DNA of 64,000 nt. Source: Podarcis tiliguerta (taxonomy: Eukaryota). How positions within the stretch are numbered: the first letter of the stretch is position 1; every line of letters starts with the position of its first letter. Both the position numbers and the translations under genes were made by a program. The DNA lies in the NCBI GenBank assembly GCA_965153285.1, contig OZ229116.1; one strand, 5' to 3'. Below the pieces are notes generated by a model, which was not told the origin of the DNA, ran no database searches, and was given only the letters and a program-made list of their open reading frames with translations. Shown piece after piece: positions 1-12,074 of the stretch.

Positions 1-307
1 CCTGGAATCTTGCCTTGCCTAAAGCACCATCTTCCATGGCCTCATCTGACACCTCACCTTAACTCCCCTCAAGCTCTGTTTCGGTTTGGCTCACCTCACC
101 CAAAGCCTCACCTTATCTTTATTAGCCTGAAGCTCTGTCTTGCCTCGCCTTTCCTAAACTCTGTCAAGCCCTGCTTGAAATGTTGTCATGCCAGAAGTTT
201 TGCCTTGAATAGCTATTGAGCTACTGCTGTCACCTCCTCCTGTGTTTGACCCATCTGCCAGCCACAAGTTGTGGCTAAATTCAGAGATAAGATATTTTAA
301 AAACAAG

Positions 308-642
308 TAAGGGGAAACATGATAGCAGTCTTCAGATATGATTCAGAAGATGGAGCAGACTTCTTTTCTGTTTCTCGGGTGGGCAGGAAGAGAACCGACA
401 GGTAGAAATTTCAAGGAAGCAGGTTTCAGCTAAGCAGTAGGATACAGTTCCCACTGGTACATATTATTTGACCGTGGAGCAGACTGCCTCAGGATGTAGT
501 GAACTCTCTTTTGCAAGAGTTATTTACACAGTCTGGGTGGCCATTTGTCAGAGATGCTATAGTTGTAGCCAGCTTTGCAGATCCTGCACTGAGTACTAGC
601 TTGGACCATCACTTCCAATATCGCTTCCAACTCATGATTCTA
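308..642 (+). mobile_element. CR1 LINE 3' fragment (decayed)
   Basis: Resembles the CR1 ORF2 C-terminus (GGGGAAACATGATAGCAGTCTTCAGATA ... GACTGCCTCAGGATGTAGTG) and ends in the typical CR1 terminus CTTCCAACTCATGATTCTA. Confidence 0.75.
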
Positions 643-752
643 CAGTTTTTCTACACAGTATCAGGGTTAGCGGCATCCTATGTGTAGTATCTATTACCAG
701 ATGAAACCAGACAGGAGTCTACTGTGGGGATGATTTGGTGCCTACCAAAAAA

Positions 753-786
753 TTTCTTTCTTTCTTTCTTTCTTTCTTTCTTTTTT
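753..786. repeat. (TTTC)n microsatellite
   Basis: Read directly from the sequence. Confidence 0.9.
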
Positions 787-2074
787 CTAAGGATTTCTCT
801 AAAGTGTTTTCCAGTCATTTGCGGAAGATACATTTCATATTTGATGAAATGATTTCCTTGGTTTTTTTAGAATTTGTATGGACAGTGTTAATGTCCTAGA
901 GTTTGTTTAATGGATTTTATTGTTCTTAAAAGTTGCCTTTCAGTGTTTATGTTTTTACTGTGTGCACTGTTTCAATAGCTTTATTTCAAGAAGTGGTCTA
1001 ACAATACAACAACAATTAGGATCTCTTTTCAGTTGTATCCTGAAGCTGCCTGAAGATGTACATTTCCCACATTCAATCTACATGCTAGTTCTATACCAGT
1101 AACACCTTCACCCAGGTTGCCCAGAAAGTCCTATTCAGGTTTATCAAAAGGTTCCTCAACAGTTATGCCTAAAATGCTAAACTAGCCTGTTCTGCTTCAC
1201 TGCTCATTCTTAAAAATGAGAAGGTGTTCCTTCTAATATGGCAGGTAAAGCAACAGCTGGGATGCCTAACTCCCACACCTCGTAGACAACTCCACATCAG
1301 CAATCCTAGTCTTCTATGAGGCCTGACATTATCATTACACAGATCTCTGTAAATAAAGAAATATGAACTGCTGGTGTCTGGTTAGGCTTGTCTCTCTCCT
1401 TGTGTGAAAGAAGCTGCATTTAGGGCCATTGGATTGCCCTAAAGGCTTCCCAGAGTGTTGTATAATAAAAGATGACTGAAGCAGAGGCTGTGTCAACAGA
1501 CACTTCCTTTGAGGGATGTAAAAAGCAGAACAATGTCTCACTCATCAAATACATCATAGGGCAAACATAGCAAGCCAAAATATCTCCCCGACCCACAGCC
1601 TTGTAAAAGAAAGTATATTACATTGTGGGGAAAGGGAAGGAGGCGATCTGGTCACAAGCCAGGTGATGCCATTATCAACTACTTAACAAAGGTCATAGGC
1701 AGAATAGCTGGAAAGGACTTTAATATGTGCATGCCACCATCAACACATCACCTTCTTAGAAGTGCAAGATGTTTCAAAGCTCATCCCAGGCCTCTCAGGG
1801 CTGGTCTAGACATTGCTGCAGTCACATGCCGGATCACTTCACATTGTTCCAAATGGTGGCAGGTATCACATAACATGCAATTTTTTCATCACATCAATCA
1901 AGCATTTTTCACCACACTACTATATGAAACCCCCCCCCCCAAAAAAAGACCATGGATACAGATGTGGCCATTTATTACCTGTGGCGGCTACCAGTAACCT
2001 TACACATTCAGCAGTATAAGGCACTGGGTCATGTGTCTCATCCATCCACATTGCAAAGAGATTTTCTAAAATCC

Positions 2075-2165
2075 TTATTGGAGCGATACTTTTATTAGAC
2101 CAACCAAAATATCACAAAATACTATGCAAACTTTTGAGATCTTCAAAATTCTTCAGTAGGCTAAG
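2075..2165 (-). mobile_element. Probable Penelope-like element terminus with a degenerate hammerhead core
   Basis: Minus strand reads GCCTACTGAAGAATTTTGAAGATCTCAAAAGTTTGC followed by ...TTTTGGTTGGTCTAATAAAAGTATCGCTCC. This resembles the CTGATGAA-stem-CGAAAGC plus AATAAA arrangement I recall for reptile Penelope-like termini. Confidence 0.45.
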
Positions 2166-3978
2166 TAGCAAGCAAGGCAATGGGGATTTGTGATGGGCTG
2201 GTGTTTAAGTGATGAAGTTTGCATCTGGTCATAGACTTAAGATGGGATGGGCGAGTGGAATGCCCTAATAAAGATTTTGGTGCTTTGGTGATAAAGATTC
2301 TTATGGTGCTTTCATTACCTTTACATTACCATGAAGAGTGTTATCCTGACTACTCCATATTTTTAAACAATGTCAGAGAACTAACACTTGCCTCACCGCA
2401 TGGCTAGACTCTACTGAAAACCAGCACTGCACAAGAAGATTGCAAAAAACTTCTCTGTTAAGTATGTAGTGACATGGCAAAAACTGCACCTATTCCGTGT
2501 GGTGAGCAGCTCTACCCCTGTAGCTAACTATGTAATAAAACTATAAGCTACAGTGATTTAAAGTAGCTTCTATGTGGTAGCTAGGAAATGCAGGCCAGGC
2601 TTTCTCTAAAAATAATTATACCGCCACAGTTAACGTCTCACAGGATCACGAGTGAGACTAAACACAACCTTAAAAAGATCTAAAAATAATGGCACAAAGC
2701 CCTCCTGACAGTTCCTCTACAACAGCATTTTAGCAATTCCCAAATGTATTAGGGAACCAAATCACCTCTCGATCTGGCGTAGAATGTCAAAGATCAGCTT
2801 TACAAGCAGGAAGCCATCCTCAGCCATCCTAATTTAGCATGCCATGCCATAACAGTAGCTGGAAACTGGGTATTATATTTAGAAGTAATCAGGACATCCA
2901 AACATCTGAATTTAGTGACTTGAAAGGAAGAAAGTGGTGACCTGTTTTCAAAACTACTCATTTTCAAACTTTCAACTTCTTCTATTTTAGTAAGACTGTG
3001 CTGTTGTTTTTAAAACAGTTTTCTGAAGTCTCCTCTCTAAAACTTGTGACCTGCCTTCAACTTTCCCACACAACATCAAAATCAGAGAAGAAACACATTG
3101 GGAGAAGGGAGTGCGAAAGAAAAAAGGGCAGGTAATTTGAGTCACTTTGGCTGGAATCAGGATTCATCCTTTCTTTTTCTTTTTTACATATATAGAAAAC
3201 TGAGAACGATGTAGTCTGCAACAATATTCCAGCAGTCTTTTATTCGGGCAATAAATCACTTCAATAAAAAAGGAAGGACGTTTTCTACACTTTATCATTT
3301 TCAACATACTTACCAATATTATAGAGCAACAAAGGGTGTGTTTTTTTACAATGCTTATATACTTACTGCTTCCCCCCACCCCAAAGTTCTGTAAATGTTT
3401 TGATGATTTTAGGACCCAAAGCCAACAGAATTTAAGAGATTTACATGTATTATATGTCTGGATAGCAACCGTATCTAAAAATATCACTGGCAACTGTGCT
3501 TCCCTCCTGATGCCAAGGAGACGGGCTTGACTTTCAAGATTCATGGGAGGTGTCTACTTGCCCAATATTCTCTTCAGTCAGACTTTTTTTAACATAGTTA
3601 CATCTCATAGGAGTTGCATTAATGCTGTCTCAGTGATGCCAGAAAATGTGACCCAAACTGTTGGTTAAGAGAAGGAAAAGCAGCTATATGAAGACTAAGC
3701 TCCATTTCCCACACACAAAAAAAACATATGGCATGGCGGGCATTGGCAAGAAGCGACAAGGACACAGCTATGCCTAATTTATACTCCAATTTATTAATGG
3801 ATGATTTCTGCCAATACACATTTCTAGCACTCTAAACCTAAATAGTGCAATTTAACTTCCCTAATAAAAAAAATGGGCTTTAAATGCAATAGCAAGCAAC
3901 ATATTACATACTAACTTTCTCTTTTTATAAAGACACACATCCATGTTAATGGTGCACTCCAGACAAACCTTGAAAGTG

Positions 3979-4119
3979 CAGGGATAGGTGTGTCAGGTTT
4001 GGCGAATATGGACCTTCCAAGACAATTGGGCCTTAACTCCCATCATCCCTTGCCATTGAGCTGGGAATGCCAGTTTGGGATCCAACAACAACTGAAGGGC
4101 CAGAGGTTCCCCATCCTTG
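3979..4119. mobile_element. Short hairpin-type non-autonomous DNA transposon (hAT-like), decayed
   Basis: Ends CAGGGAT / ATCCTTG and carries the internal AACTCCCATCATCCC ... GGGAATCCAACAAC module shared with the copies at 9502 and 26757. Confidence 0.55.
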
Positions 4120-6216
4120 TTTTAGTGTAAATAAATTCAAAGGGTTCGTAGAGCTGTTCATAGAGCTCTACTAGTGAATCACACCCCTCTCTCAGACTTT
4201 ATGACCTACATTATGCTGACTGCACATCTAAGTCTGAGCCAAGTGCTGGCCAGGTTACCAAAATTAAAGTACTGTATCTTAGTTTTCCAATACAAAAATC
4301 ACATGTGTATTCCTGTCGCTACATGTGTACGTTAATTACCCATGCTTTAGGCACTGCACTTGATGGAGCATGAGGTTTAAAGGTTGTGTGTCTTTCATTA
4401 AGACGTCAGAGATTCCCATTAAATAAATAAACAAGTGCAACAGCCAGCTGCCTTGGTAGCGAGGGGAGAAAATAGGAAAACCAAATCAAAACGCATTCTC
4501 AAAACCTTTTAAATGAAAGATTCCCCCACCCCTACCCCTTAATTGGTTTTAGACTAGAACTTAACTTTCTCTGTTTGTATAAAAACAGCATAACAGTTAA
4601 TAGTAATTATTGGCAAAGCTTTCAGCAGCATTGATGGAGCGGGTAGCAAAATCAGTTCCGCAAAAGTGGCTGCATTCCTTCAGAACCATGCAAGAAAGGG
4701 TAAGAAGGCATGCTTGCCATCAGCTCCCTTGGCCCTCCTCCATTTTTGCAAAGGAGAATGAAAAGTATTGAGCAAGACCTACTTGGGAAAGTAATCCTGC
4801 AAACAATCCTGCAAAAATAAGCAATCATGCACACAGAGTGGCAGGAGGCAGTGAGATCACAGAATAACAGAATGCTCACACTATTGCTGATTTCTGCAGT
4901 GTCCACAACCTCAGCACCAATTGTAATTTGTCTCTAAGACATGCATTGCTTATTGCATGTCTTGTATTATAACACAAGATACCAAAAATCTATCTTCACA
5001 TGCACATACATACATGCATTGGCTACAATAACAGAAAAACCCAACAGCTTGATCCTGAATATGGAACCTATTACAGACAGTACTGATGGGAATAATAACA
5101 TTAATCCATAGGATGGGGATTCTAACACATTCTGCTTTGCTATATTGGCTAGACATTAAGCCGATATAACATCACATGATGTCATACAGTCTCATTGGCC
5201 AAAGATACACAAGGTCTTCCAGATGTGAAAAGGGGTTCTTTTTATTCATTTACTTGAGTATGAAAGGGATCTTTAACTTGCACACCATAAAAGATGAAGA
5301 ACCAGAGTGTGAAATACTTATCACTTCATCAGACTGCCGCATATGATGCCAGTTCAGAATCTTCACAGACTCATGGGAATCAGCATCATTAAAGGGGGGG
5401 GGAATGGGGGGGGGAATGGACATAGGGAACTAAACACTAAATGCAGCAATTAAACACAGCCAATAACAGAAGCCATATGCAGATCAGCTAGACTTAGAGA
5501 ATTATAGTCTGGATGACTGAAAAAACGCAAGTCTTGCTACACGAAAAGAGGAGGGGAAGGCCTGTTTTGATTCTGCAGTGGTGCCTCGAAAGGACAAACA
5601 ACCTTTCTGCAAAGAAGATTTTTTTAAAAAAAAACATTTTCAAAAGTTAAACTGTTTCTGATTTCCTTTCCAAGACAGAAAAAGTTGGCATATAAGTGTA
5701 AGAAAATAAATAATACAGAGGAGCCTTTCTATGTCAATAGACCCATTTTAAAAGGAGGACAATATCTAGGCAAATGAGCAAATTAGACTGGACTCCACAC
5801 TTTCTACTCTTGATATAAGGCTTAACGTAAAGCTTCTTTAAGAAAGAGCTAGTTGTCAAACAGAACTGTCCACAAGAACTCATTGGGGGGGGGGGGGAAT
5901 CCAGTATTGGCAGTTACTAGATAGAAAGTATATGAAAGTTGGTTCGAGTGTGGACCTTCAGGGCTCCCTCCCAACTCTACAATTCTGTAATTCTCTGATT
6001 CATAGTAACCTCTTTACTCTGCTTATGGAAACCCTCAAGAATACCAAACAGGAAGACAGAAGTCGGTAGTTTGACTTTTAATTAAAGGGTGTCCCTACAG
6101 TATCACAGCGGGTTTCTATTCCAATCTGAAAACATCTAGGTAATATCCCTGTTTTTAACTGTAGGTCTGCTAAAAGAAAGCTTGCGGTATTACACAGAAT
6201 CCCATAACTCACTTAC

Positions 6217-6328
6217 CTGAGATATCTGTCCTGCAACGAAAAGGAACTCACAGTCCCACAAGTAAATCCTTTAATTACTGACTCTCTCAAAGATAAATCA
6301 TCATTCAGTGCACTGACACGAGTTCTAC
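6217..6328 (-). other. Candidate internal exon (112 nt), host unidentified
   Basis: Acceptor tttccctctctttcag and donor CAG|gtaagt. One frame is open (xRTRVSALNDDLSLRESVIKGFTCGTVSSFSLQDRYL). The peptide is not recognised. Confidence 0.3.
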
Positions 6329-6846
6329 CTGAAAGAGAGGGAAATCACCACAGAAAGGTCTTGAGTCATTTTATGTCAAAAAGAAAGTCTGGTTCTGTTT
6401 TTTAAAGGGAGAAGACAATTAAAAGTAGAGCCTGTACTATATATGGCAGTTATATATTTTCTCACAGGAACTCTAAAACCAGCACATAATAAACCTTTTA
6501 AAAACATTTTAAAGGTTTGGTGATTAAGCACGTAGAGAAATACCCTTTCCTCCATGAGCTAGGAGCTTTATAGCAGGTGAAGATTCACTCATGAGCAAAG
6601 AAATGTGAGTGTTCCAATCAATTATGAAACCACTAGAAGGAATAACACAATTACCTTTTATCTCTTGCAAACTTTAAGATGAGACAATAGCTGTACTGTA
6701 GTCCTAAAAGATACCTACAGGGATGTAAGGCTCCTTCCAAGTAAATATGCATAGGACAGCCCTGTTAATTAAAATGGTTGGGTCTCTAGAATGGTAGCGC
6801 TGGTCTCATAAGAATTCATAAGAATAAAGGACAGAATAGAGAGATG

Positions 6847-6847
<1 letters not shown>

Positions 6848-6897
<50 letters not shown>

Positions 6898-7579
6898 CTT
6901 TATTGTCAATGTACAACCTGTGCACAATGAAATTAACTGAGCCTCCCCCCCCCCAAACACTCAATCTCATTGCACTCTGTGTTCTTGTCGCACAACACAC
7001 CAACCCTGAAAGTCAGTTGCACTATATTATTTTCCCTTCAGCAGCCTAACAGCCCATGGGTAAAAACTGTTTTTTAGCCTGTTGGTACAACTGATTATAC
7101 TTCTATATCTCCTGCCCAAGGGTAGAATATTAAAGAGGTGCTGGCCAGGGTGTGAATTGTCCCTGAGAATTTTTCTCGCTCTCCTAAGGCATCGATCCCT
7201 TGTGATGTCATCTAGCGGGCTCAGGGGACAGCCCATGATATCATGTGCTGTGTTCACCACCCTCTGTAAAGACTTTCTGTCCGTGGCTGTCAAGCCAACG
7301 TACCACACTGTGATACAATATGAGAGGACACTTTCGATTGTGGACCGGTAGAAGGAGGTCATCAACTGTTGTTTAACATTGTTCTTTCGCAAGACCCTGA
7401 GGAAATGGAGTCTCTGTTGGGTCTTCCTAACCACCTGAGTTATATTGTTTTTCCAAGTGAGGTCTTCACTAAGGTAAACTCCCAGGAAGTGTAGGAAGAT
7501 ACTCTCTCCATACAACCCTCCTCCCCCGATATACAACGGAGCAAGTTCCCCTCTTTTCCTCTGAAAGTCCAACACCATC
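6848..7579 (-). mobile_element. Rex1/Babar-clade non-LTR retrotransposon, 5'-truncated, with (ATT)n tail
   Basis: ORF 7027..7650(-) encodes FLGVYLSEDLTW...QQRLHFLRVLRK...FYRSTIESVLSYCITVWY...HPGQHLF...GRRYRSI...TNRLKNSFYPWAVRLL, the typical Rex1 C-terminus. It is followed by a short 3' UTR, GACAATAAAGGT and an (ATT)n tail at 6848-6895. Confidence 0.9.
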
Positions 7580-7915
7580 ACCTCCTGGCAAATAGAAGGG
7601 GAAGAATTGGAGGCAGTGAGAGATTTTACTTTCTTGGGCTCCATGAGCAATGCAGATGGTGACAGCAGTCACGAAATTAAAAGACGCCTGCTCCTTGGGA
7701 GAAAGGCGATGGCAAACCTAGACAGCATATTAAAAAGCAGAGACGTCACCTTGCCAACAATGGTCCGTATAGTTAAAGCCATGGTTTTCCCAGAAGTAAT
7801 GTATGGAAGTGAGAGCTGGACCATAAAGAAGGCTGATTGCCGAAGAATTGATGCTTTTGAATTATGGTGCTGGAGGAGACTCTTGAGAGTCCCATGGACT
7901 GCAAGAAGATCAAAC
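7575..7915 (+). mobile_element. Bov-B (RTE clade) LINE internal fragment
   Basis: Open frame ...WQIEGEELEAVRDFTFLGS...DGDSSHEIKRRLLLGRKAMANLDSILKSRDVTLPT...VKAMVFPEVMYGSESWTIKKA...RRIDAFELWCWRRLLRVPWTARRSN, the diagnostic Bov-B post-RT region. No 3' tail. Confidence 0.93.
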
Positions 7916-8079
7916 GCATCTGATACTAAGTCATAAACATCTGAGAAGTTCCTGGGCATGTAAAAATATTTTCACATTCTTACATTTGCTAAATGCTAAA
8001 CTGGGAAGAAAACACCACTGACTTCAACAATTTCCAAGCAAACAACATTTCTAAGAGACCACTTCCTTATATAGAGTAA

Positions 8080-8238
8080 AAACCATTGGTCCATCTCACT
8101 CACTACTGTCTACAGTGCACTGAGGTTGTCCTCCAGGGTTTCAGGCCAGGGTCTCTCCTGGCCCTAGCTCAAGATGCTAAGGATTGAACCTGGGGCCTTC
8201 TGCATGCAAAGCTGTTGCTCTCCCACTGAGATATGCCT
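8080..8238 (-). mobile_element. Old tRNA-derived SINE with CR1-like tail (related copies near 13535-13695, 31540-31690, 61875-62055)
   Basis: GGATTGAACCTGGGGCCTTCTGCATGCAAAGC...CTCTCCCACTGAGATA is the reverse complement of a tRNA-like head with A and B boxes. The same module recurs several times in the window. Confidence 0.6.
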
Positions 8239-9143
8239 CCTTTGCCTAGATGTCGATAAACATTTCTACAGAGATCATAAGATTTTGCTTAGCCATCCCA
8301 TACAAAGCATTTATAACCTACAGATAGCAAATCTATGGAGTTTGCACAGATTTTCCTGAAATAAAATATTTTTGGGCATTCAAGGGGGAAAGGCTGCTTT
8401 CTTCTAAAAGATAGCCTTCGCTTGTTTAAGTGAGGAGAATGAAATCTGAATAAAATCTGAAGGTCAGAACCTTTCCCCTGGGCCGACTATAATGCAATGC
8501 TGTGGCTTCTGTCCAAAGCTAAGAGGTTGGGAAGTGGTGAATTACTAGCTGCAGTATTAAGAGTGCTAGAAAAGGAAACATGGGCTGGGAAAATAAGAGG
8601 ACACATGTACAAGTAAGCAATTTAGACAACTTATCCAAAGTGGAAGCAAGACCCTAAATTAAGCAACAGCAATGGAAGCCCAACCTTAAATTTGTTCCCA
8701 CTGTGGTTGAGAAATTTCCATCCTACAGGCAGTGCAAGAGTGGAAGGCTAAAGACAAGGTCACTATTGTAACAGTCAAGCAGTTTGTGGTTTTGTAAATG
8801 CCTAGGTTATATACAGTTCAGCAATTCCCCATGCTCGAATCATGTTAAAACAATTTGTGTAGGTGTGTTGTGCCAATGCTCACTGTTGCACCTGAAACAG
8901 TTACAAGCAGTTCTGTAAATTTATACTTATTTCATTGCATGCAAATACAAAAACATCAAAAGATTTGTGGGCCTGTTGTGCTAATAGCAGATCGTGCACA
9001 TTAAACCAATGGTGAAGTTTAACACCGACATAATGATACTGGAGGGAGGTGTCTTCAATACGCTGAGACATTTACCGTTGCTTTTCATTCCCAACCTGGT
9101 AGCAGCAGTCTCTGTCCTGAAGCAGGGTCTTGAAAACTATGGC

Positions 9144-9339
9144 CAGGGCTGGCCAAGACCATTAGGCAGAATGATTTGAGGTATATTGAAAAGCCAGCAA
9201 ATGGTTACCTAATTAATTCACTGTTGCTGGGGGTAAGAGAAACACGTGTGGGTTTTTTAACTACAGATACAAAAATATACTGGCTAGTCTTGGCTAGACT
9301 GCTGCAACTCAGGCAACAAAATATTTTGGGCCAGTCCTG
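9144..9339. mobile_element. hAT-type MITE
   Basis: TIRs CAGGGCTGGCC / GGCCAGTCCTG. 8-bp TSD ACTATGGC (9136-9143) / ACTATGAC (9340-9347), 7 of 8 identical. Confidence 0.75.
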
Positions 9340-9349
9340 ACTATGACCA

Positions 9350-9930
9350 AGTGGATCATGAACTAAAACTGAATCCAGATAAGATGGAATTGATTACATG
9401 AGAGGAATATTTTTGATCTGGCATCAGCTGGCTTGCATGTGATTAAAGGGGGCATTCCTGCTCCTAAGGGATTATGTATGGATTTTAGGGTGCCCCTAGA
9501 ATAGTCTTCTTCAAGACTGCAACTCCCATCATCCCCAGCTAGCTTAGCCCAATAGTCAGGGATGATAGGAGTTGTAGTCCAACAACTTCTGGGGACCCAA
9601 GGTTGAAGAATTCTGCCCTGGATCTAGGACTGCTTTGGAAAGCTCAAGTGACAGCTACTTCCATGAGTGCATTTTATCAACTACAGTTCATCAATAAACA
9701 AAAGCTAATCCTGGAGAACAGGAAATTATTTTCTAACCACCCCAAGAATTAGAGGCCTGCCTATCACCACCCACAGCTTTGCAATGCCAAGGAAACAACT
9801 GCAACATTGTCTTCTACACAGAGCTACTTTTGAAGAGCTACAGTTGGTGGAAAACAGGAGAGTCTGCCTGTTGGCAGGGGTGAAAACCCCATATTCAACT
9901 ATTCTGATCCAACATCACTGGATATTAGCA
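9350..9930 (+). mobile_element. Decayed L2-clade LINE fragment interrupted by a MITE
   Basis: AAACTGAATCCAGATAAGATGGA (KLNPDK), CTGGATCTAGGACTG, GCATTTTATCAACTA and CTACAGTTGGTGGAAAAC resemble L2 ORF2 motifs. Confidence 0.55.
9502..9615. mobile_element. Hairpin hAT-like MITE nested in L2
   Basis: TTCTTCAA / TTGAAGAA near the ends, internal inverted repeat CAACTCCCATCATCCC / GGGATGATAGGAGTTG, flanks CCCTAGAA / CCCTGGAT (imperfect 8-bp TSD). Confidence 0.6.
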
Positions 9931-10635
9931 GTATTCTAAGGAAGTACAGAAAAGCCTTAGACAATATTGAAGACCACAGAATTCCGCTTCTTAGCACCTC
10001 CACTTTTAGCTTAAAATAAGCAAGTTTATAGGCCTTATGATTGCAAAATACATGTTTAAAATATTATCAGCCCCCCTAAAATTAAAGAACATACTTTATC
10101 TGCCAAATTCTATTATCTATATACAACAAAAAAACATTAGTTCAATAGCCACCCAAATTATTATTTTTTCCAGTGTAGTAGAAATGTGGAATAATCTACT
10201 AAGTATAATTAAGTAACAGGTGTGTTAAAAGTCACAAAGATATTTATTTCTAAAAGTTCTCTTGAGTTTTGTTTTTTTAATTAAGCTACTAATCCTGGGC
10301 AATAAATTCTCAACACTGTCACACAGCTGCCTACAATGCTTTCTTAGTGTGTCAAACCTAGTTATCTTGCTTCCTGAGTCTTTCAGTGTTAATGTTGAAA
10401 CATCACTGTTGCTAATTGAAGTGAGTGCTTTTTTGACATGTCAACTCCTATTTCCAATTACTTTGAAGCCCAAAAAGACTTTGTCTATCTATAGCTTTAG
10501 TCCAAAAGTATTAACTTTGCCCATGTGAAATTCTCTCTCACACGCACACGCACATCAGAGAGTGGGAGACGAATTCATGGACTTCAGCAAAAGAAAAGCA
10601 TCTGATAAATGCATACCAGCATCTGGGCTGAGTTT

Positions 10636-10669
10636 GGTTGACCGCATAATTGGGTTGACCGCATAATTG
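10636..10669. repeat. Perfect 17-bp tandem duplication (GGTTGACCGCATAATTG x2)
   Basis: Read directly from the sequence. Confidence 0.9.
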
Positions 10670-12074
10670 GGCACAGATAACACATGTACCATATGGAATT
10701 CCCCCCTTTCTTGGTATACCTCTCCCTATTTAAAACACTCTTGCATACATATTGGCATATTAAACAAGTCTGGCATTGCTGTACTTTTGGTCTGCATCAA
10801 CATGCTTCTTGTTAGTTAAGTAAATAAGAGAACTAGAACTACCTAAGCTTGCTTTCATCCATATATAGAAGATCATAGGTTGCCATTTTCCCATTACTCT
10901 TCCCCTACATCTTTGGCAGCTGGAGCCACTGCTCTGGTGATGGGGTCAGGGGGCCATGCTCTAAATCTTCACATGCCAAGATGCATAACATCAAGTCTAA
11001 TGCCCAGAAGAAGGAACTACTGATGCAGAAGGTCACTAATTGCCGGTTTCTCTGCATTACAAGGGTTCTGGAAAGAAAGCCCCACAAGAGAGATATGAGA
11101 ATGGGGACACATCCTGACCCTTTAAAATCGCCAAGGGATTCCACAGAAGGTAGAGGCAGCCAAATGCTAAATAAAATAAAAAAATATGAATTTTCCTACT
11201 TGGGTGAGCACACATTACATTTTCAGGATATTTCCAAAGCAGCACTAAAGGAGACTTTTAGAAATAGGAAGACAGTGTGTTATAGGATCTGCAGAATTCT
11301 ACAAAATGTGTTGATTTAAAATAACACACACAGAGAGAAAGTAGCATATGTAAGCTACCATGCTGAACAGCCACTCCTGCTTTGAAGTTAAACAAGATAA
11401 AATAAAATCAGGAGATCTGATCACAGAGCTTCCACACCATGTGATATTTGGTTCTGCAAAATATGAGGTCCCTCTGAACCCTCAGATCCCATCAGTACCA
11501 GGGTTACATGCAACACCATAGAAGGCGCATGGCCAGAACTCCTGATGTGATATACGTTTCAACATAACCTTTTGCAATCTCATTCTTTGGAGCACAGATA
11601 GGAAACATGTGTCCCTCCCGATTATGCTGGATTAAAACCATCCCAGACTCTGGAAATGCTGGCTGCAGCTGCTGGGATTGAAGACCAACGCATCCTCTAT
11701 AGTACAGTGTCTGTGCAACCACATTTATTTGCATGAATGTGTGCCTCTATCACTGCTTTCCACATGCATGCTTTTTCTGCCATATATTTTGCGAAACCTT
11801 CACTCTCAAGGGATTTGTTCCATTTCCTTCAACTGCTGTATCTCAAAGGATACACAAAACAGACTGCTCTTCTTCTGGTGTCCAACTGCATAGGTACCAG
11901 CAGCAAAGACAGTCTGCAGTTAATTATATGGAATTCATGTTTTTCACCTTCCTTGCCACCAACCATGGGATCTTTGTTTTACTATACATAATTTTTTTTT
12001 TAAGTTGTATGGAAGTCACTTGGGCATAAAGGCATTTGAATTGCATTTGAATTTATTTCATGCATTACCGTTGC

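Noticed and set aside
5300-5335. Second hammerhead candidate (minus CTGATGAAGTGA...TCAC)
   Set aside because: No GAAA follows the putative stem II, so the catalytic core is incomplete.
7027-7650. 207-aa ORF as a host gene
   Set aside because: It is a Rex1 C-terminus read through from antisense Bov-B, with an apparent compensated frameshift near the GGGG stretch.
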